A DNA stretch of 64,000 bases from Candidatus Magasanikiibacteriota bacterium (GCA_041665025.1 JBAYJP010000002.1:128691-192690), one strand, 5' to 3'. Numbered from the stretch's first letter, positions 1-9,791 are shown. The notes: generated by a model from the sequence alone, not told the origin. Made by a program: numbers and translations.

Positions 1-337
1 AAAACATGGTCGAAATATGTTGTGCATAAAAAAAACCGGCGAGTCCGCCAAGCAAACAAATAAGTGAAAAAGTTCGTATACCACCAACAGAACCGGGGCG
101 GTCACCTTGTCCGCCATTTTCTCGTTCAAGTCCGATGACTGCACCCAAAATTACTGACAGTAATAATTGAAATGGGAGCGTTGCAAACATATTTTTAAAA
201 TTAAAATAATTTGTATGGTGATAGTATAACAAAAAAACAGAAAAAATACTAAAAAGATATTGAAAAAATATTACAAAATTACTAACAGATATGTTGTTCT
301 TATGTTACATCAACAAAAATATTTTTGCGGTATTTGT

Positions 338-3300
338 TTAATATTTTTTTATCCTTTTTCTCACAAATAAAATAATTTTATTCCCCCATGTTTTTATCTT
401 CTCTCCTTTCGTTTTTCCCAAAAGTCCTACAAAAATAGCAGTGAGTCCACCAGCTGTTGCCGTCAAATATTTTTCCGCAATATCCGTTGCATTTTCTTTT
501 TGCGTTTCTTCTTGCTTTTGCACAAATGATTCTGCCACGCCAGTCTTCACAATATCTGTCATTGATCGAGGTAGTAGTTCATATCCGCTTTTTGTTTGGT
601 GCACAAGTCCATTTACCGTAACCAGATCTCCTTCCTGCAATGTCTGTTTGCTGATTCCTGCTCCCCGTTTAAAGTAAACTTTTACCTCTTCAGTGCCATC
701 ATCAACATACATATATGAACTTTTTATTTCAGTTATTTCTCCATTAACCTGTACGAGCCAACCCTCATACGGCTCTCCAATATCGGTGATTTCGACAACT
801 TTAGATTGTGGCTCTCCGGCATGTTCTATTTTTACAATATCAGCTTTGGTTGAAGTTTTTATACGAAGGTCCCCGCTGGCTTCTGACAACTCCCCGGTTA
901 CTTCAACCTTGTCTCCAACTACAATCTTGGGAAAATCTTTTTTATACATATATACTTGTATACCTGGGGATCCTACAATATAAAAAAACTGTGAACCCAA
1001 AACTCCAGGCTCCACAGCTACTGTGCCTACCACTTTTACCATATCCCCAATATCATTATCTCTAACTTTTTCAAGAGTTGTTTCAATGACTGATTTAACC
1101 TTAGTACCTTTGACTGATTTTGATGAAGACTTGGTCGTCTTTATCTTTTGCATTACGATATTTTCCTCACCAGGAGTCACCGTGCCGGTCCACACCCACT
1201 GTCCTTCACTATTTTTTACATACGATGAACCTTCTTCTACATCATCATATGGCACTTCACTCATGACCGTATTGTCAAAAGCAAGCAAACGAACTGCGTC
1301 ACTAGTATTATTTAATGATAATTTTGTATCCTGTTTGGCAAATATGCTATATTCATGAGGCAATAAAATAGTATTTTCGGGAAATATATATGCGCGCGAG
1401 CCCCCTTCTTCATCATCCAATTTCATACCAGAAATATCTGTCTCTGTATCACTCGGATTATACAGTTCAATAAACTCTGTTGTATCACTTCCTTCTGGAT
1501 TAGGAAAAATTTCACTAATAATCACTGAGCCAAAGTCTCCAGAACTTCCTCCAACAAATGAGCCGTTTCGTTTTACCGTTATAATAACTTTCTTTTTACT
1601 TTCCTGTTTTCCGTCAGATACCGTGACATTCACCGTGAATGTTCCTTCTTTTTCATAGACATGTTCGATGCTACTCCCTTCGCCGTCTTCGCCATCTCCA
1701 AAGTCCCATTCAAATGCCAATACATCTCCGTCAGGATCAGTTGAATCAGACGCGTCAAATGAAACCGATTCTCCGACAGCAACGTGTGTATCTACATCAA
1801 TTGAAATTAATGGCGCGGCGCTTTTCCCTTCAATTATATTACTACTACCTGATGTAATACTACTCGTCCACGCCCAACCTCCGTCATCCCGCCGTGAATA
1901 GCTTGTGCTCTCTTCGGCGCTTCCCTCAAAACGAACACTGTCTGCCAATGTACTATTTGGCAAAAACAACTTCACTTCTTCTCCACCAGAATTATTCAAA
2001 GCAATACCCGTTTGTGTTCGTTTAAACACGATATAACCAGACGGCGCAATATCACCCTGGGTAATAGTAAATTGTTTCGCAGAAGAATCTCCCAACTTCC
2101 AATCTTTGAGCGATACTGTTTCACTGCCATTATTTTTTAATTCGATAAATTCTTCGTCATTATCTGACCCGGGAGGATTTGGATATATTTCATTGATAAT
2201 AATTTTTCCACCACTAACTATTTGCTCATTATTTTCCAATGTAACAACATTTTTCTTGCCCTTCGTAATTGTTTTGGTAACTGCAAAATCATATAAATCG
2301 TAATCACTGTCTTGTCCGTCAACTTTTCTCGACAAACTCATGGGGTCTTCGGCAATAAGGGCGTTGTCCGAAAGATTCCCATCATTCCACAATCCATACG
2401 AAACACGATCAATTTCTTTTCCGCTTGCATCAAAAAGAATGATAAGATCTCCTGTATTATTCAAGCTCCCTTTTGGTTTTTCAATAACATAATGACCATG
2501 ACTTAAAACAGAACCAGCAATGGCTGTTTTTGTTTCACTTCCATCTTCGACCCACCAGCCAGATACATTTATTGTCTGGCTTGTTTTGTTAAATAATTCA
2601 ACAAATTCATCAGCACCATCTGACGGGTCACTCACGAGTTCGTTAATTACAACATCACCTTTTTGAATCTCTTGTGTTGTTTGAGGTGTGGGCGCGGGAG
2701 TTGAAGAACCACCCCCTCCACCACCTCCGGATGACGGAGGATTTACGACGGGAGCCGTTATACTATTTGCAAATCCTTTAGTTGGTGTTGTTGTTTCTTT
2801 AAAATCTTGAACCGTGTCAGTATCAATGCCGTCAGAAAATCGCGCCAGTGTATTTCCATCTTTGGGTGCGGATACATCCGAACCATAGATAATTTCATCA
2901 AGGATGTTACCTTGCGCATCTTTTAAAATAATAGAATCGCCATCATTATTTAATTTACTTGACGAAAGTTCTATAACCAAAAATCCTAATGGCTCGATAG
3001 TAGAAGATATCGTCGCTATTTTCCCAACTGTGTCATATAGTTCAAACCCGCTGAGATCAAAAGCTGTTGACGTGGGATTATATAATTCAATCCACTCACC
3101 ATCGTCATTTGCTGGGTCCACCATAAATTCATTGATAACCACATTTGAAATAGTAGAAGAGGATGATTCGCCATTACTTTCGTCATCACCTTCTTCTTGT
3201 CCGTCTCCATTGTTATCATCTTCATCATCACCACCAGGTTCTTCATCATCCGTAAACCAATAATTTTGTTCACCGGGTGTTGAGCCGTCGGGATTCATAT

Positions 3301-3892
3301 CCCAATTTGTAATGTCCTCTGGAAGTGTTTCGAAATCCTTACGTTCAAAAGAGTGTTTGTCTACTAATGCTGATGAAATACTATACGAAAAACGCTCGAC
3401 AAAATCATTACTACCAGCACCCCACTTTATTCCAATTTCCTCTCCATCACCGTGCAACGTTCCCCATGTGCTGTCAAAAACAGTTGAAGTAACATTGGGA
3501 TAATCTTGAAAAAAATATAAATCATTTTGGGCAATAATTGCGTATTCTCCCGGTTCAATTATGGTATCTTCTTGGACGCTTGACTCACTTAATGTAATTT
3601 TATGTGCAGTTTCATCTTCCCAGAATCTCCAATCGACGAGATCAACGGGTGCTTCTCCTTTATTAAATAATTCAATCCACTGATGTCCACTACTGCTTCC
3701 ACAGCCCGTGGGACAAATTTCTGAAATAACTACGTCTGAATTTTCACTATGTGCATAGTGAATAAATAAAAAAACACTCCCTATAACTAAGAGTGCTACT
3801 CCAACCAAAAAATTCCTCCTCGTATTCATATCCCCCAAATTAAGATTAAATAAATATAAAAAAGTATAACATATACTAAGAGGAGTTGCCAC
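338..3892 (-). CDS. Giant membrane-anchored surface protein with about 5 lamin-tail-domain (LTD) repeats, a PKD domain and a C-terminal OB-fold module; probable true start is the MNTRRNF codon at about 3829
   Basis: 1184-aa ORF. N-terminal TM helix (LVGVALLVIGSVFLF). Repeated motifs VVINEFMVDP..EWIELYNPT, VVINELVSDP..EFVELFNKT, IIINEIYPNPPG..EFIELKNNG, VIISEIFPNPEG..EFIELYNPSD are typical of LTD. PKD-like DVDTHVAVGESVSFDASDSTDPDGD..FEWDFGDG. Poly-Gly linker. C-terminal OB-fold-like block and a terminal hydrophobic helix. Confidence 0.7.
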   Translation of the reverse strand: MATPLSICYTFLYLFNLNLGDMNTRRNFLVGVALLVIGSVFLFIHYAHSENSDVVISEICPTGCGSSSGHQWIELFNKGEAPVDLVDWRFWEDETAHKITLSESSVQEDTIIEPGEYAIIAQNDLYFFQDYPNVTSTVFDSTWGTLHGDGEEIGIKWGAGSNDFVERFSYSISSALVDKHSFERKDFETLPEDITNWDMNPDGSTPGEQNYWFTDDEEPGGDDEDDNNGDGQEEGDDESNGESSSSTISNVVINEFMVDPANDDGEWIELYNPTSTAFDLSGFELYDTVGKIATISSTIEPLGFLVIELSSSKLNNDGDSIILKDAQGNILDEIIYGSDVSAPKDGNTLARFSDGIDTDTVQDFKETTTPTKGFANSITAPVVNPPSSGGGGGGGSSTPAPTPQTTQEIQKGDVVINELVSDPSDGADEFVELFNKTSQTINVSGWWVEDGSETKTAIAGSVLSHGHYVIEKPKGSLNNTGDLIILFDASGKEIDRVSYGLWNDGNLSDNALIAEDPMSLSRKVDGQDSDYDLYDFAVTKTITKGKKNVVTLENNEQIVSGGKIIINEIYPNPPGSDNDEEFIELKNNGSETVSLKDWKLGDSSAKQFTITQGDIAPSGYIVFKRTQTGIALNNSGGEEVKLFLPNSTLADSVRFEGSAEESTSYSRRDDGGWAWTSSITSGSSNIIEGKSAAPLISIDVDTHVAVGESVSFDASDSTDPDGDVLAFEWDFGDGEDGEGSSIEHVYEKEGTFTVNVTVSDGKQESKKKVIITVKRNGSFVGGSSGDFGSVIISEIFPNPEGSDTTEFIELYNPSDTETDISGMKLDDEEGGSRAYIFPENTILLPHEYSIFAKQDTKLSLNNTSDAVRLLAFDNTVMSEVPYDDVEEGSSYVKNSEGQWVWTGTVTPGEENIVMQKIKTTKSSSKSVKGTKVKSVIETTLEKVRDNDIGDMVKVVGTVAVEPGVLGSQFFYIVGSPGIQVYMYKKDFPKIVVGDKVEVTGELSEASGDLRIKTSTKADIVKIEHAGEPQSKVVEITDIGEPYEGWLVQVNGEITEIKSSYMYVDDGTEEVKVYFKRGAGISKQTLQEGDLVTVNGLVHQTKSGYELLPRSMTDIVKTGVAESFVQKQEETQKENATDIAEKYLTATAGGLTAIFVGLLGKTKGEKIKTWGNKIILFVRKRIKKY

Positions 3893-4002
3893 AGAAAGAA
3901 TGTTGACAATTTCCAGCTTTTCACCTATAATAAACCATACTATTTTCTATATATTTTCACGCCTACCTCTACAAAAGAAAATAAATTTTCTTTTCATCCA
4001 CT

Positions 4003-4077
4003 GCGGGCATCATATAATGGTTATTATCCCAGTTTTCCAAACTGGTGACAGGAGTTCGATTCTCCTTGCCCGCTCCA
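4003..4077 (+). tRNA. tRNA-Gly (anticodon UCC) with encoded CCA
   Basis: Manual cloverleaf. Acceptor GCGGGCA/TGCCCGC. D-arm with GG. Anticodon stem CCAGT/ACTGG with loop TTTCCAA (U33, UCC, A37). T-arm AGGAG-TTCGATT-CTCCT. Discriminator T, then CCA. Confidence 0.75.
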
Positions 4078-5658
4078 AGTTGAAAAAACGGTCTGAAAAT
4101 GACTGTTTTTTCTTTTATCTTCGCACAAAACACTTGGTTCTACTCGGGCAATTTTTAAGATTTCGTTTTCAAGCCCGTTCTTCAAAGTGAGGTACGGTTT
4201 TTGTAGTTCAATACTGAGTTTTCCATCTCTAAAATAAAAGTTCTGACCAATGCATTTCAAAATATGCGTTTTGGTTTCAAAGTCCCCATGTTCAAACCAG
4301 TGCTTTGCATATGTAGCAAAATTAAATGTCTTTTCAGTGAGATCAAGCCAGTCGTCTACTCGCGTCTCGGTTTTCCTAATCTCAAGCTCTATTCGCCCCT
4401 TTTCTGACACCAAAGAACTTTTTTGTCCTCTAAATTCTTCTTCCGTTATCATCTCCTTTTTTGCATTTTCAGGAGAGATATACAAATTTATTAAATTATC
4501 TATGCGCCTAAGACAGGAATTATAATTATCTTGAAGGTTGCTGACGATAATGTTTCGGTCATACTCCTCTACAAGATTTTGGTCTCGCAAGACTTGAATT
4601 GCCCAGTGTAAAAATTCCTCTGGGATAGTAATACTGTCTAAGTAATCAGTTACTTGTTTTAACAATGCACTATGTTCTATAGATTTTTGATGACACTCAA
4701 TATCCCTGCGATTATGTGAGCAGTGGTGGTAAAGATACTGTTTAATTTTTCCGGTTGTTTTATTTTTCTTATGTTTTTCTTCGGCGACGATCATTCCTCC
4801 ACACTCTGCGCATTTAATCACTCCGCTAAATGGTAACCTCTTATTTTTTGGCCGCGGTTTACCCTTTTTACCCAAAATGGTCTGTGCCAAATCAAATTCT
4901 TCTTTTGTTATCATTGGTTTGTGTTTACCTTGATAAATCGTACTCTTGTACATAAATTCGCCACAATAAAACATATTATTAAGCATTTTGTAGGTTCCAT
5001 TAACACTCATCTTTTTGCCTTCTGATGTTCTTAAACCCCATTCTTCTGTGGCTATTCTTTTAATCTGCATTACTGAGTAGTTATCCGTTAGAAGTAAATC
5101 CCACATTTTTCTAACTAAAGAGAAACGCTCTTGATCTACGAATACAACTTTATTCCCTTTTTCTCCGAACTTGTCATTCAAGTAACCAATCGGGGCTTTA
5201 CCTGGCCGCCAACCCTTTTCTACCTTAGACTTCATACCGCGTGTAACATCTTTACTTAGGTCAATAATAAACTGATTTGCCATGCCAAGCTCTACTGCCA
5301 TCATAAGTACATTATCTGTCGGCAAATACTCACGCCCCGGGGTTATAATTGATTTCATCACCTCTTGCTGAAGTAACCACTGTATTTCCCCTCCATCCAC
5401 TGGATTTCGCGACAAACGATTGAGCTTCCAACAGATGATCGCGTCGGCTTGTCCACTCTTCAGCATGGCCATCATTTCGTTATACATCGGTCTTCCGGGC
5501 TGTTTGGCTGATTTTGACTCGCCGAATGTCTTAACAACATTTAGCCCCCTACGGGTAACTTCATATGCCAATTCGCGTCGTTGGTCTTCAATTGATTGAA
5601 CCTGACGATCTTCTGCATCGGTAGATTTTCTCAAATACATGATATATCGTAATTTCAT
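4024..5658 (-). CDS. Large serine recombinase (resolvase-type N-terminal catalytic domain, recombinase domain, zinc ribbon, coiled coil). Its 3' end overlaps the tRNA-Gly 3' half.
   Basis: N-terminal MYLRKSTDAEDRQ is the serine-recombinase catalytic Ser motif. Cys cluster CAECGG..HHCSH. 544 aa, typical size of large serine integrases. The ORF reads through tRNA positions 4024-4077. Confidence 0.85.
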   Translation of the reverse strand: MKLRYIMYLRKSTDAEDRQVQSIEDQRRELAYEVTRRGLNVVKTFGESKSAKQPGRPMYNEMMAMLKSGQADAIICWKLNRLSRNPVDGGEIQWLLQQEVMKSIITPGREYLPTDNVLMMAVELGMANQFIIDLSKDVTRGMKSKVEKGWRPGKAPIGYLNDKFGEKGNKVVFVDQERFSLVRKMWDLLLTDNYSVMQIKRIATEEWGLRTSEGKKMSVNGTYKMLNNMFYCGEFMYKSTIYQGKHKPMITKEEFDLAQTILGKKGKPRPKNKRLPFSGVIKCAECGGMIVAEEKHKKNKTTGKIKQYLYHHCSHNRRDIECHQKSIEHSALLKQVTDYLDSITIPEEFLHWAIQVLRDQNLVEEYDRNIIVSNLQDNYNSCLRRIDNLINLYISPENAKKEMITEEEFRGQKSSLVSEKGRIELEIRKTETRVDDWLDLTEKTFNFATYAKHWFEHGDFETKTHILKCIGQNFYFRDGKLSIELQKPYLTLKNGLENEILKIARVEPSVLCEDKRKNSHFQTVFSTWSGQGESNSCHQFGKLG

Positions 5659-5679
5659 ATAATTTTAATTAGGTAAATT

Positions 5680-5797
5680 AAAAGGGACGGCTAAGGTTGA
5701 CCCAAATCCGCTACCCCGAAGGATTGCCTCATTGGCATAGCCGCCCCTTTTAAGGGACGAGACAAAAAAACGGGGTTTTGATGGATTTTGGGTCAAC
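5680..5797. repeat. Nested inverted repeats immediately upstream of the recombinase start (candidate recombinase binding / att or res-like site)
   Basis: Inner IR: AAAAGGGACGGCTA (5680-5693) versus ATAGCCGCCCCTTTT (5737-5751). Outer IR: GGTTGACCCAAATCC (5695-5709) versus GGATTTTGGGTCAAC (5783-5797). Confidence 0.5.
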
Positions 5798-5825
5798 GAT
5801 TACATTATACCATAAGCAAATATTT

Positions 5826-6194
5826 TTAGAATGACTTAAAATTTTTGTTAAGGGTCTCCTCAATTTTTGAGACTCTTTCTCCTAAATCAGAGACTTCCAT
5901 GGCCTTAATCAAATGTCCAGATAGGTATCCCAAGCAATTTGCGATCTTTAATTCTATCAAGCCGCTGCGCACTTCATTGATTGTGGTTGCAAGTAGTACA
6001 ACCACATCTTTTGGTTTGTTGATAATAACTGGTGGGAGCCTGCTCCGGTTCTTCTTGGACATTCTTCCACCCCTAAGGATCGCCTCTCTTCTTTCTTTTT
6101 TTGTCTCTGGATTATGGATAAAGCAGAACCTGCTATTTTTCATTGCGCTGGCAAGACATTGTTTATTGTTAAATTTAATATAATTACATCTCAT
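5826..6194 (-). CDS. Hypothetical small protein (Cys/His-containing N-terminus), cargo of the putative element
   Basis: 122-aa ORF. Start overlaps the upstream ORF by 4 nt (operon-like). No recognisable family. Confidence 0.45.
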   Translation of the reverse strand: MRCNYIKFNNKQCLASAMKNSRFCFIHNPETKKERREAILRGGRMSKKNRSRLPPVIINKPKDVVVLLATTINEVRSGLIELKIANCLGYLSGHLIKAMEVSDLGERVSKIEETLNKNFKSF

Positions 6195-6544
6195 ACTTTT
6201 TTGAAAAATCTATAGGCCTTTACCATCTGTTCATATTCTTCTAATAATTTTTCTTTTATATCTTGCCTTTCTTCATGTTTTATTTCCCAGTCTCTTTGTT
6301 TAGCCAATAAACCAAGCATTTCATCATTCGTCTTTTCAGTCTGTCTAAGCATTTCAAATATCGTTGGATTATCTAAAAATAACTCTCTATATTCATTCGC
6401 TTCATCTTCATTTTTTATCCTCTGATAAATTGAGCGGCGCAATCGTAAAGATAACTCCACAAGTTGTGCTTCGGATAGGTTCCTAAATGGCCTATTATTC
6501 ACGGGAATGCTTTTTTCTATCTTTTTAATTCTTGATTCCATCAT
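6191..6544 (-). CDS. Hypothetical coiled-coil protein
   Basis: 117-aa ORF rich in charged residues, co-directional with and overlapping the next gene. Confidence 0.45.
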   Translation of the reverse strand: MMESRIKKIEKSIPVNNRPFRNLSEAQLVELSLRLRRSIYQRIKNEDEANEYRELFLDNPTIFEMLRQTEKTNDEMLGLLAKQRDWEIKHEERQDIKEKLLEEYEQMVKAYRFFKKV

Positions 6545-7081
6545 AAGCGTAGCTTATGGGGTATACCCCCACATATTTCTACTAAGTATTTATCGGATAT
6601 GGACAAGAGGGATTAAAAGCCCACTATTATACAGTAGCTTCTATTTCGGCCGTATTTCTCCGTTGTTTCTCGGTACGGCCTATGGCTCACTCTCCGTGGG
6701 GTCAGTACTCTGCCCGTTGGGTAACTCTATATCGCCAAGCCAATTCAATTTAACGATACAGACGGTCTTGGTTTATCGGCGTAAGGAGTTCCGATTGCTG
6801 TCGGAACCGCATCAGGATTACCAAGTCCTATGATTTGATGGCGTCCACGGGGTGGCTCATAGGTTCGCCCACCGTCCCCCGCAGTATTTAATCCCTCACC
6901 CAATTTCCGATATTATTCTTGAAACTGAGCATCTTCTTTTTTGATTGGTTTATAAATTAACCCAACAAGCTGGACGAGCTTTATTGCTTGTTCTCGTGCG
7001 TCTTCAAGACCGATCTCTTTACCAAAGAGGTTCTTGTAGAGTGTTTGAAATTTTGCAACTTGCTCATCCGATACCATACAA

Positions 7082-7363
7082 CTATGATTTACTGCTATAA
7101 ATTCTATTTTTTAGCATTTTGATATTATCAAAGTAAGCTCTTGCTCCCACATTCATTTTGTCACAAAAATAAGCACCAAACGCCTCCTCAACCTCAACTC
7201 CTTCCCTAAACCCAAAGAGCACCCTACGCGAGTTGGTCTTATCTAAAGATACGAGCTCCAAACCCACAGTTACAAGAGCTGCAGCACAACCCAGATCAGA
7301 TGTTGTGAAAATTTTTGGTTGTTCTTCTAACAATTGTTTATTTAATTCTAATCCAGTTTTCAT
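7082..7363 (-). CDS. Hypothetical protein
   Basis: 93-aa ORF, no recognised motif. Confidence 0.4.
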   Translation of the reverse strand: MKTGLELNKQLLEEQPKIFTTSDLGCAAALVTVGLELVSLDKTNSRRVLFGFREGVEVEEAFGAYFCDKMNVGARAYFDNIKMLKNRIYSSKS

Positions 7364-7510
7364 ATTTGCTATTGAATGTATTGCTTGTATTATGATGGGA
7401 AATCATTCTTTTTTTGATAGGTTTTTACTCTACCTCAAAAAATAAAAAAATGGCTTATATTAGCCATTTGATTTGACAAAATTAACACCCAGTTAAGGGA
7501 TAGTGTTACC

Positions 7511-8338
7511 TTAGTGGAAGCTTATGTCATATTCTTCTTTGTTTAGAGCATAGCCCCCAGTAGGCAGACTGATAATCAATTTTCTTTTTTTGTCTTGAGA
7601 TTTTTCTATTTGCATTTTTTTCAAAAAAATTTTATTAATATTTGATATCTCCTTTCCTATAAATTCAGCGTTCTTTTTTCTTAATAGTAATTCTGAAAGT
7701 TCTTTGCCGCTTAATTTTTTATTGCTAAGGAAGTCAATTATTTTTCGTCGGTTTCCTTTTATAGAATACTGTAATTTTTTTCCTCGTTCTATTCTCCAAA
7801 TTCCTGAATCAGAAGTAATATGGATAGTAAGTTTATTATCATCAAAACTATCATTGATCAAATCAACCTTTTTCTTTTCTTCTTTAAGATAATCAACAAA
7901 TTTCTTATTGCTGTGTTTCTTATTTTCACGCCGTTTTTTAAGTAGATTATTAATATAGTCAAAAATTTCTTTATCGTCCTCTGACAGACTAAATTTTGGC
8001 GACCCTACAAGGATATACTCCTTTTCAATTTGTGCAAGACATTTTTCAACTAAAATACGATCATGTTCCCAAACAATGTTCTTCTCTTGCAAGTCACTAA
8101 TAAGATCGTCTGGCAGCAGGAGCAGTAAATCGCGTTTAACACTATCAAATTCAGGGAAATCTAACATTGATTGGAGGTAACTTTTAATGAGCATGTAAAT
8201 ACCATTTAGTTCTCTATCCCCAATTGCCAAATAGCCTGTTAATACCAAATCTGTCATGTCTAATAATTTGTCCAAATATAGCTGGCTTAGGAAGAGACGC
8301 TGCCCAAAGTTTGTATAGGTTTTTCTTTTCATATTCAT
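7511..8338 (-). CDS. Hypothetical protein (Lys-rich, possible C-terminal winged-helix)
   Basis: 275-aa ORF with no overlapping alternative. Followed by a hairpin/T-run at 7455-7480. Confidence 0.5.
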   Translation of the reverse strand: MNMKRKTYTNFGQRLFLSQLYLDKLLDMTDLVLTGYLAIGDRELNGIYMLIKSYLQSMLDFPEFDSVKRDLLLLLPDDLISDLQEKNIVWEHDRILVEKCLAQIEKEYILVGSPKFSLSEDDKEIFDYINNLLKKRRENKKHSNKKFVDYLKEEKKKVDLINDSFDDNKLTIHITSDSGIWRIERGKKLQYSIKGNRRKIIDFLSNKKLSGKELSELLLRKKNAEFIGKEISNINKIFLKKMQIEKSQDKKRKLIISLPTGGYALNKEEYDISFH

Positions 8339-8516
8339 AATAATTTTACTTATATATTACGCCTTTACATTGTAAGTTACAATGTTTTAATCATTATAAC
8401 AATTGTCTAATTACAACCACTGAAAAATTACGCTTGGAACTTGATTTCTGGCCCAAAATGATATAGTATTAAGTGGACAACTTAAGACCTAAACCCGTCT
8501 CGGGCATGGTCAAAAA

Positions 8517-8635
8517 CACTGCACAAACATAGAGATGGCTATTCCGTCTCTGGCATTGTTTGTGCAGTCAGTAGCCGAAAGGTTACTGGGTTCCGAAAGG
8601 GACCGCCAGTGTACGGGTAGCCTTTTTTGTTTTCC
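8517..8635 (+). promoter_or_regulatory. Structured leader with an intrinsic-terminator-like T-run directly upstream of a secreted-protein gene (candidate attenuator / cis-regulatory RNA)
   Basis: Perfect 12-bp inverted repeat ACTGCACAAACA...TGTTTGTGCAGT (8517-8568) enclosing a second stem. Two CCGAAAGG motifs. GGGTAGCC followed by TTTTTTGTTTT (8621-8635). The gene starts at 8652/8661. Confidence 0.4.
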
Positions 8636-8651
8636 GAATATCAATAACACA

Positions 8652-9350
8652 ATGTGTAATATGGATAGATATAAAATTAAAAAAGGAATTTTCAATAAAT
8701 CCACAATAACAATTGTCGTTACTTTTTTGATTTTAGGGTCTGTATATTCTGGTGTTGTGCTGTATAGAAAATCTCTGGCTAACAAAACACAAGCGGAATT
8801 ATTGCACGTCACTGGAGCACAAGAAGAACCCACAGAAATTACAGGAGAGAAATTCTATCAAATTACCCTAAGTTCATCACCATATAGAAGATCAGATGAT
8901 GACCGTCTGGGCGATATAATGCTGGAGGTCAATTTGAAGAATTTGAACATTACTCCTTTTATTACCAATTTAGGTACTGACAAATGCATTCTTTCTGACA
9001 AGTTAGGCAGACAATACCAAGCGGACCTCATAAGCGAAGTCCCACTTAAAAAAGCACTTCTTACGGGGGAGGAAGTATCTGTAAAAATTGACGGGGCATT
9101 ATACATAAATGTTCTTCAAGAAGGAGAAACATCTTGCCAAAAAGAAGGGTCTGGAGTGATTGACTGGGTTCATAACAATGATTGGGTCAAAAACGCTGTT
9201 AAATGCGTCTACAGCCCTTCTGGAGAGTGTACATGTGAGGACATTGGTCCACTCTCAGTGAATGAATGCACTTTCCGCGTTACTTCGGATGGAAAACAGG
9301 CGTCTAACGGCTGGGGTCAATATCCATTAGTTGTACCTATCCAGAATTAA
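8652..9350 (+). CDS. Secreted/membrane-anchored Cys-rich hypothetical protein. The ORF-track start at 8535 lies inside the leader hairpin and is probably not used.
   Basis: MCNMDRYKIKK followed by a TM segment STITIVVTFLILGSVYSGVVLY. Multiple Cys in the C-terminal third. Confidence 0.55.
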   Translation: MCNMDRYKIKKGIFNKSTITIVVTFLILGSVYSGVVLYRKSLANKTQAELLHVTGAQEEPTEITGEKFYQITLSSSPYRRSDDDRLGDIMLEVNLKNLNITPFITNLGTDKCILSDKLGRQYQADLISEVPLKKALLTGEEVSVKIDGALYINVLQEGETSCQKEGSGVIDWVHNNDWVKNAVKCVYSPSGECTCEDIGPLSVNECTFRVTSDGKQASNGWGQYPLVVPIQN

Positions 9351-9361
9351 ACCTGAAATAT

Positions 9362-9790
9362 ATGAACAAGAAAATTATTATTTTTAGCATAATTATCATT
9401 ATCGTTACCATTCTTGCTGGTGGTATCTACAAGGTCGTATCATTAAACCAAAAAATCTCTTATTACAAAAACAAGGAAGCCGAGGATTACTTCAAAAAGA
9501 AATTAGAGTGCGGTGAAATGGCCGCCCCAATTAAAGAGGAACTTCAAAAATATAACTCGGGCCCTCTTTCTCTATTTGTAGAAAATTTTGAGATGGTTTT
9601 TTATAGCCCTAAAGAAAATAGCTGTATTTATTCCATAGAGAGACTTTACACGGGGGACCAACCCGAACGGGAATACGTTGTCTATAATGCCCTCACAAAA
9701 CACAAGATTACTTCTTTTCAATTTCCATCCCAGTGGGAAAATTACAAATCATTTTTATTAGAGTATTCAAACGGAGAGATTAGATTGTAA
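9362..9790 (+). CDS. Membrane-anchored hypothetical protein
   Basis: N-terminal hydrophobic helix IIIFSIIIIIVTILAGGIY. 142 aa. Confidence 0.5.
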   Translation: MNKKIIIFSIIIIIVTILAGGIYKVVSLNQKISYYKNKEAEDYFKKKLECGEMAAPIKEELQKYNSGPLSLFVENFEMVFYSPKENSCIYSIERLYTGDQPEREYVVYNALTKHKITSFQFPSQWENYKSFLLEYSNGEIRL

Positions 9791-9791
9791 A

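Noticed and set aside
441-3503. Short plus-strand ORFs antisense to the 1184-aa LTD protein gene (441-677, 693-983, 808-1065, 1023-1358, 1639-1901, 2106-2506, 2904-3263, 3312-3503)
   Set aside because: They are embedded in a long, motif-rich minus-strand CDS. They are serine/leucine-rich antisense artefacts with no start context.
4024-4077. Treating the recombinase / tRNA overlap as an annotation error and trimming the recombinase
   Set aside because: There is no in-frame stop before the tRNA. The overlap is kept and flagged, because integrase or recombinase genes abutting or overlapping the target tRNA are a known island signature.
8535-8660. 5' extension of the secreted-protein ORF (MAIPSLALFVQSV...)
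   Set aside because: The extension lies inside a perfect 12-bp inverted-repeat hairpin and a terminator-like T-run. The hydrophobic signal or anchor begins only after the internal Met at 8652/8661.
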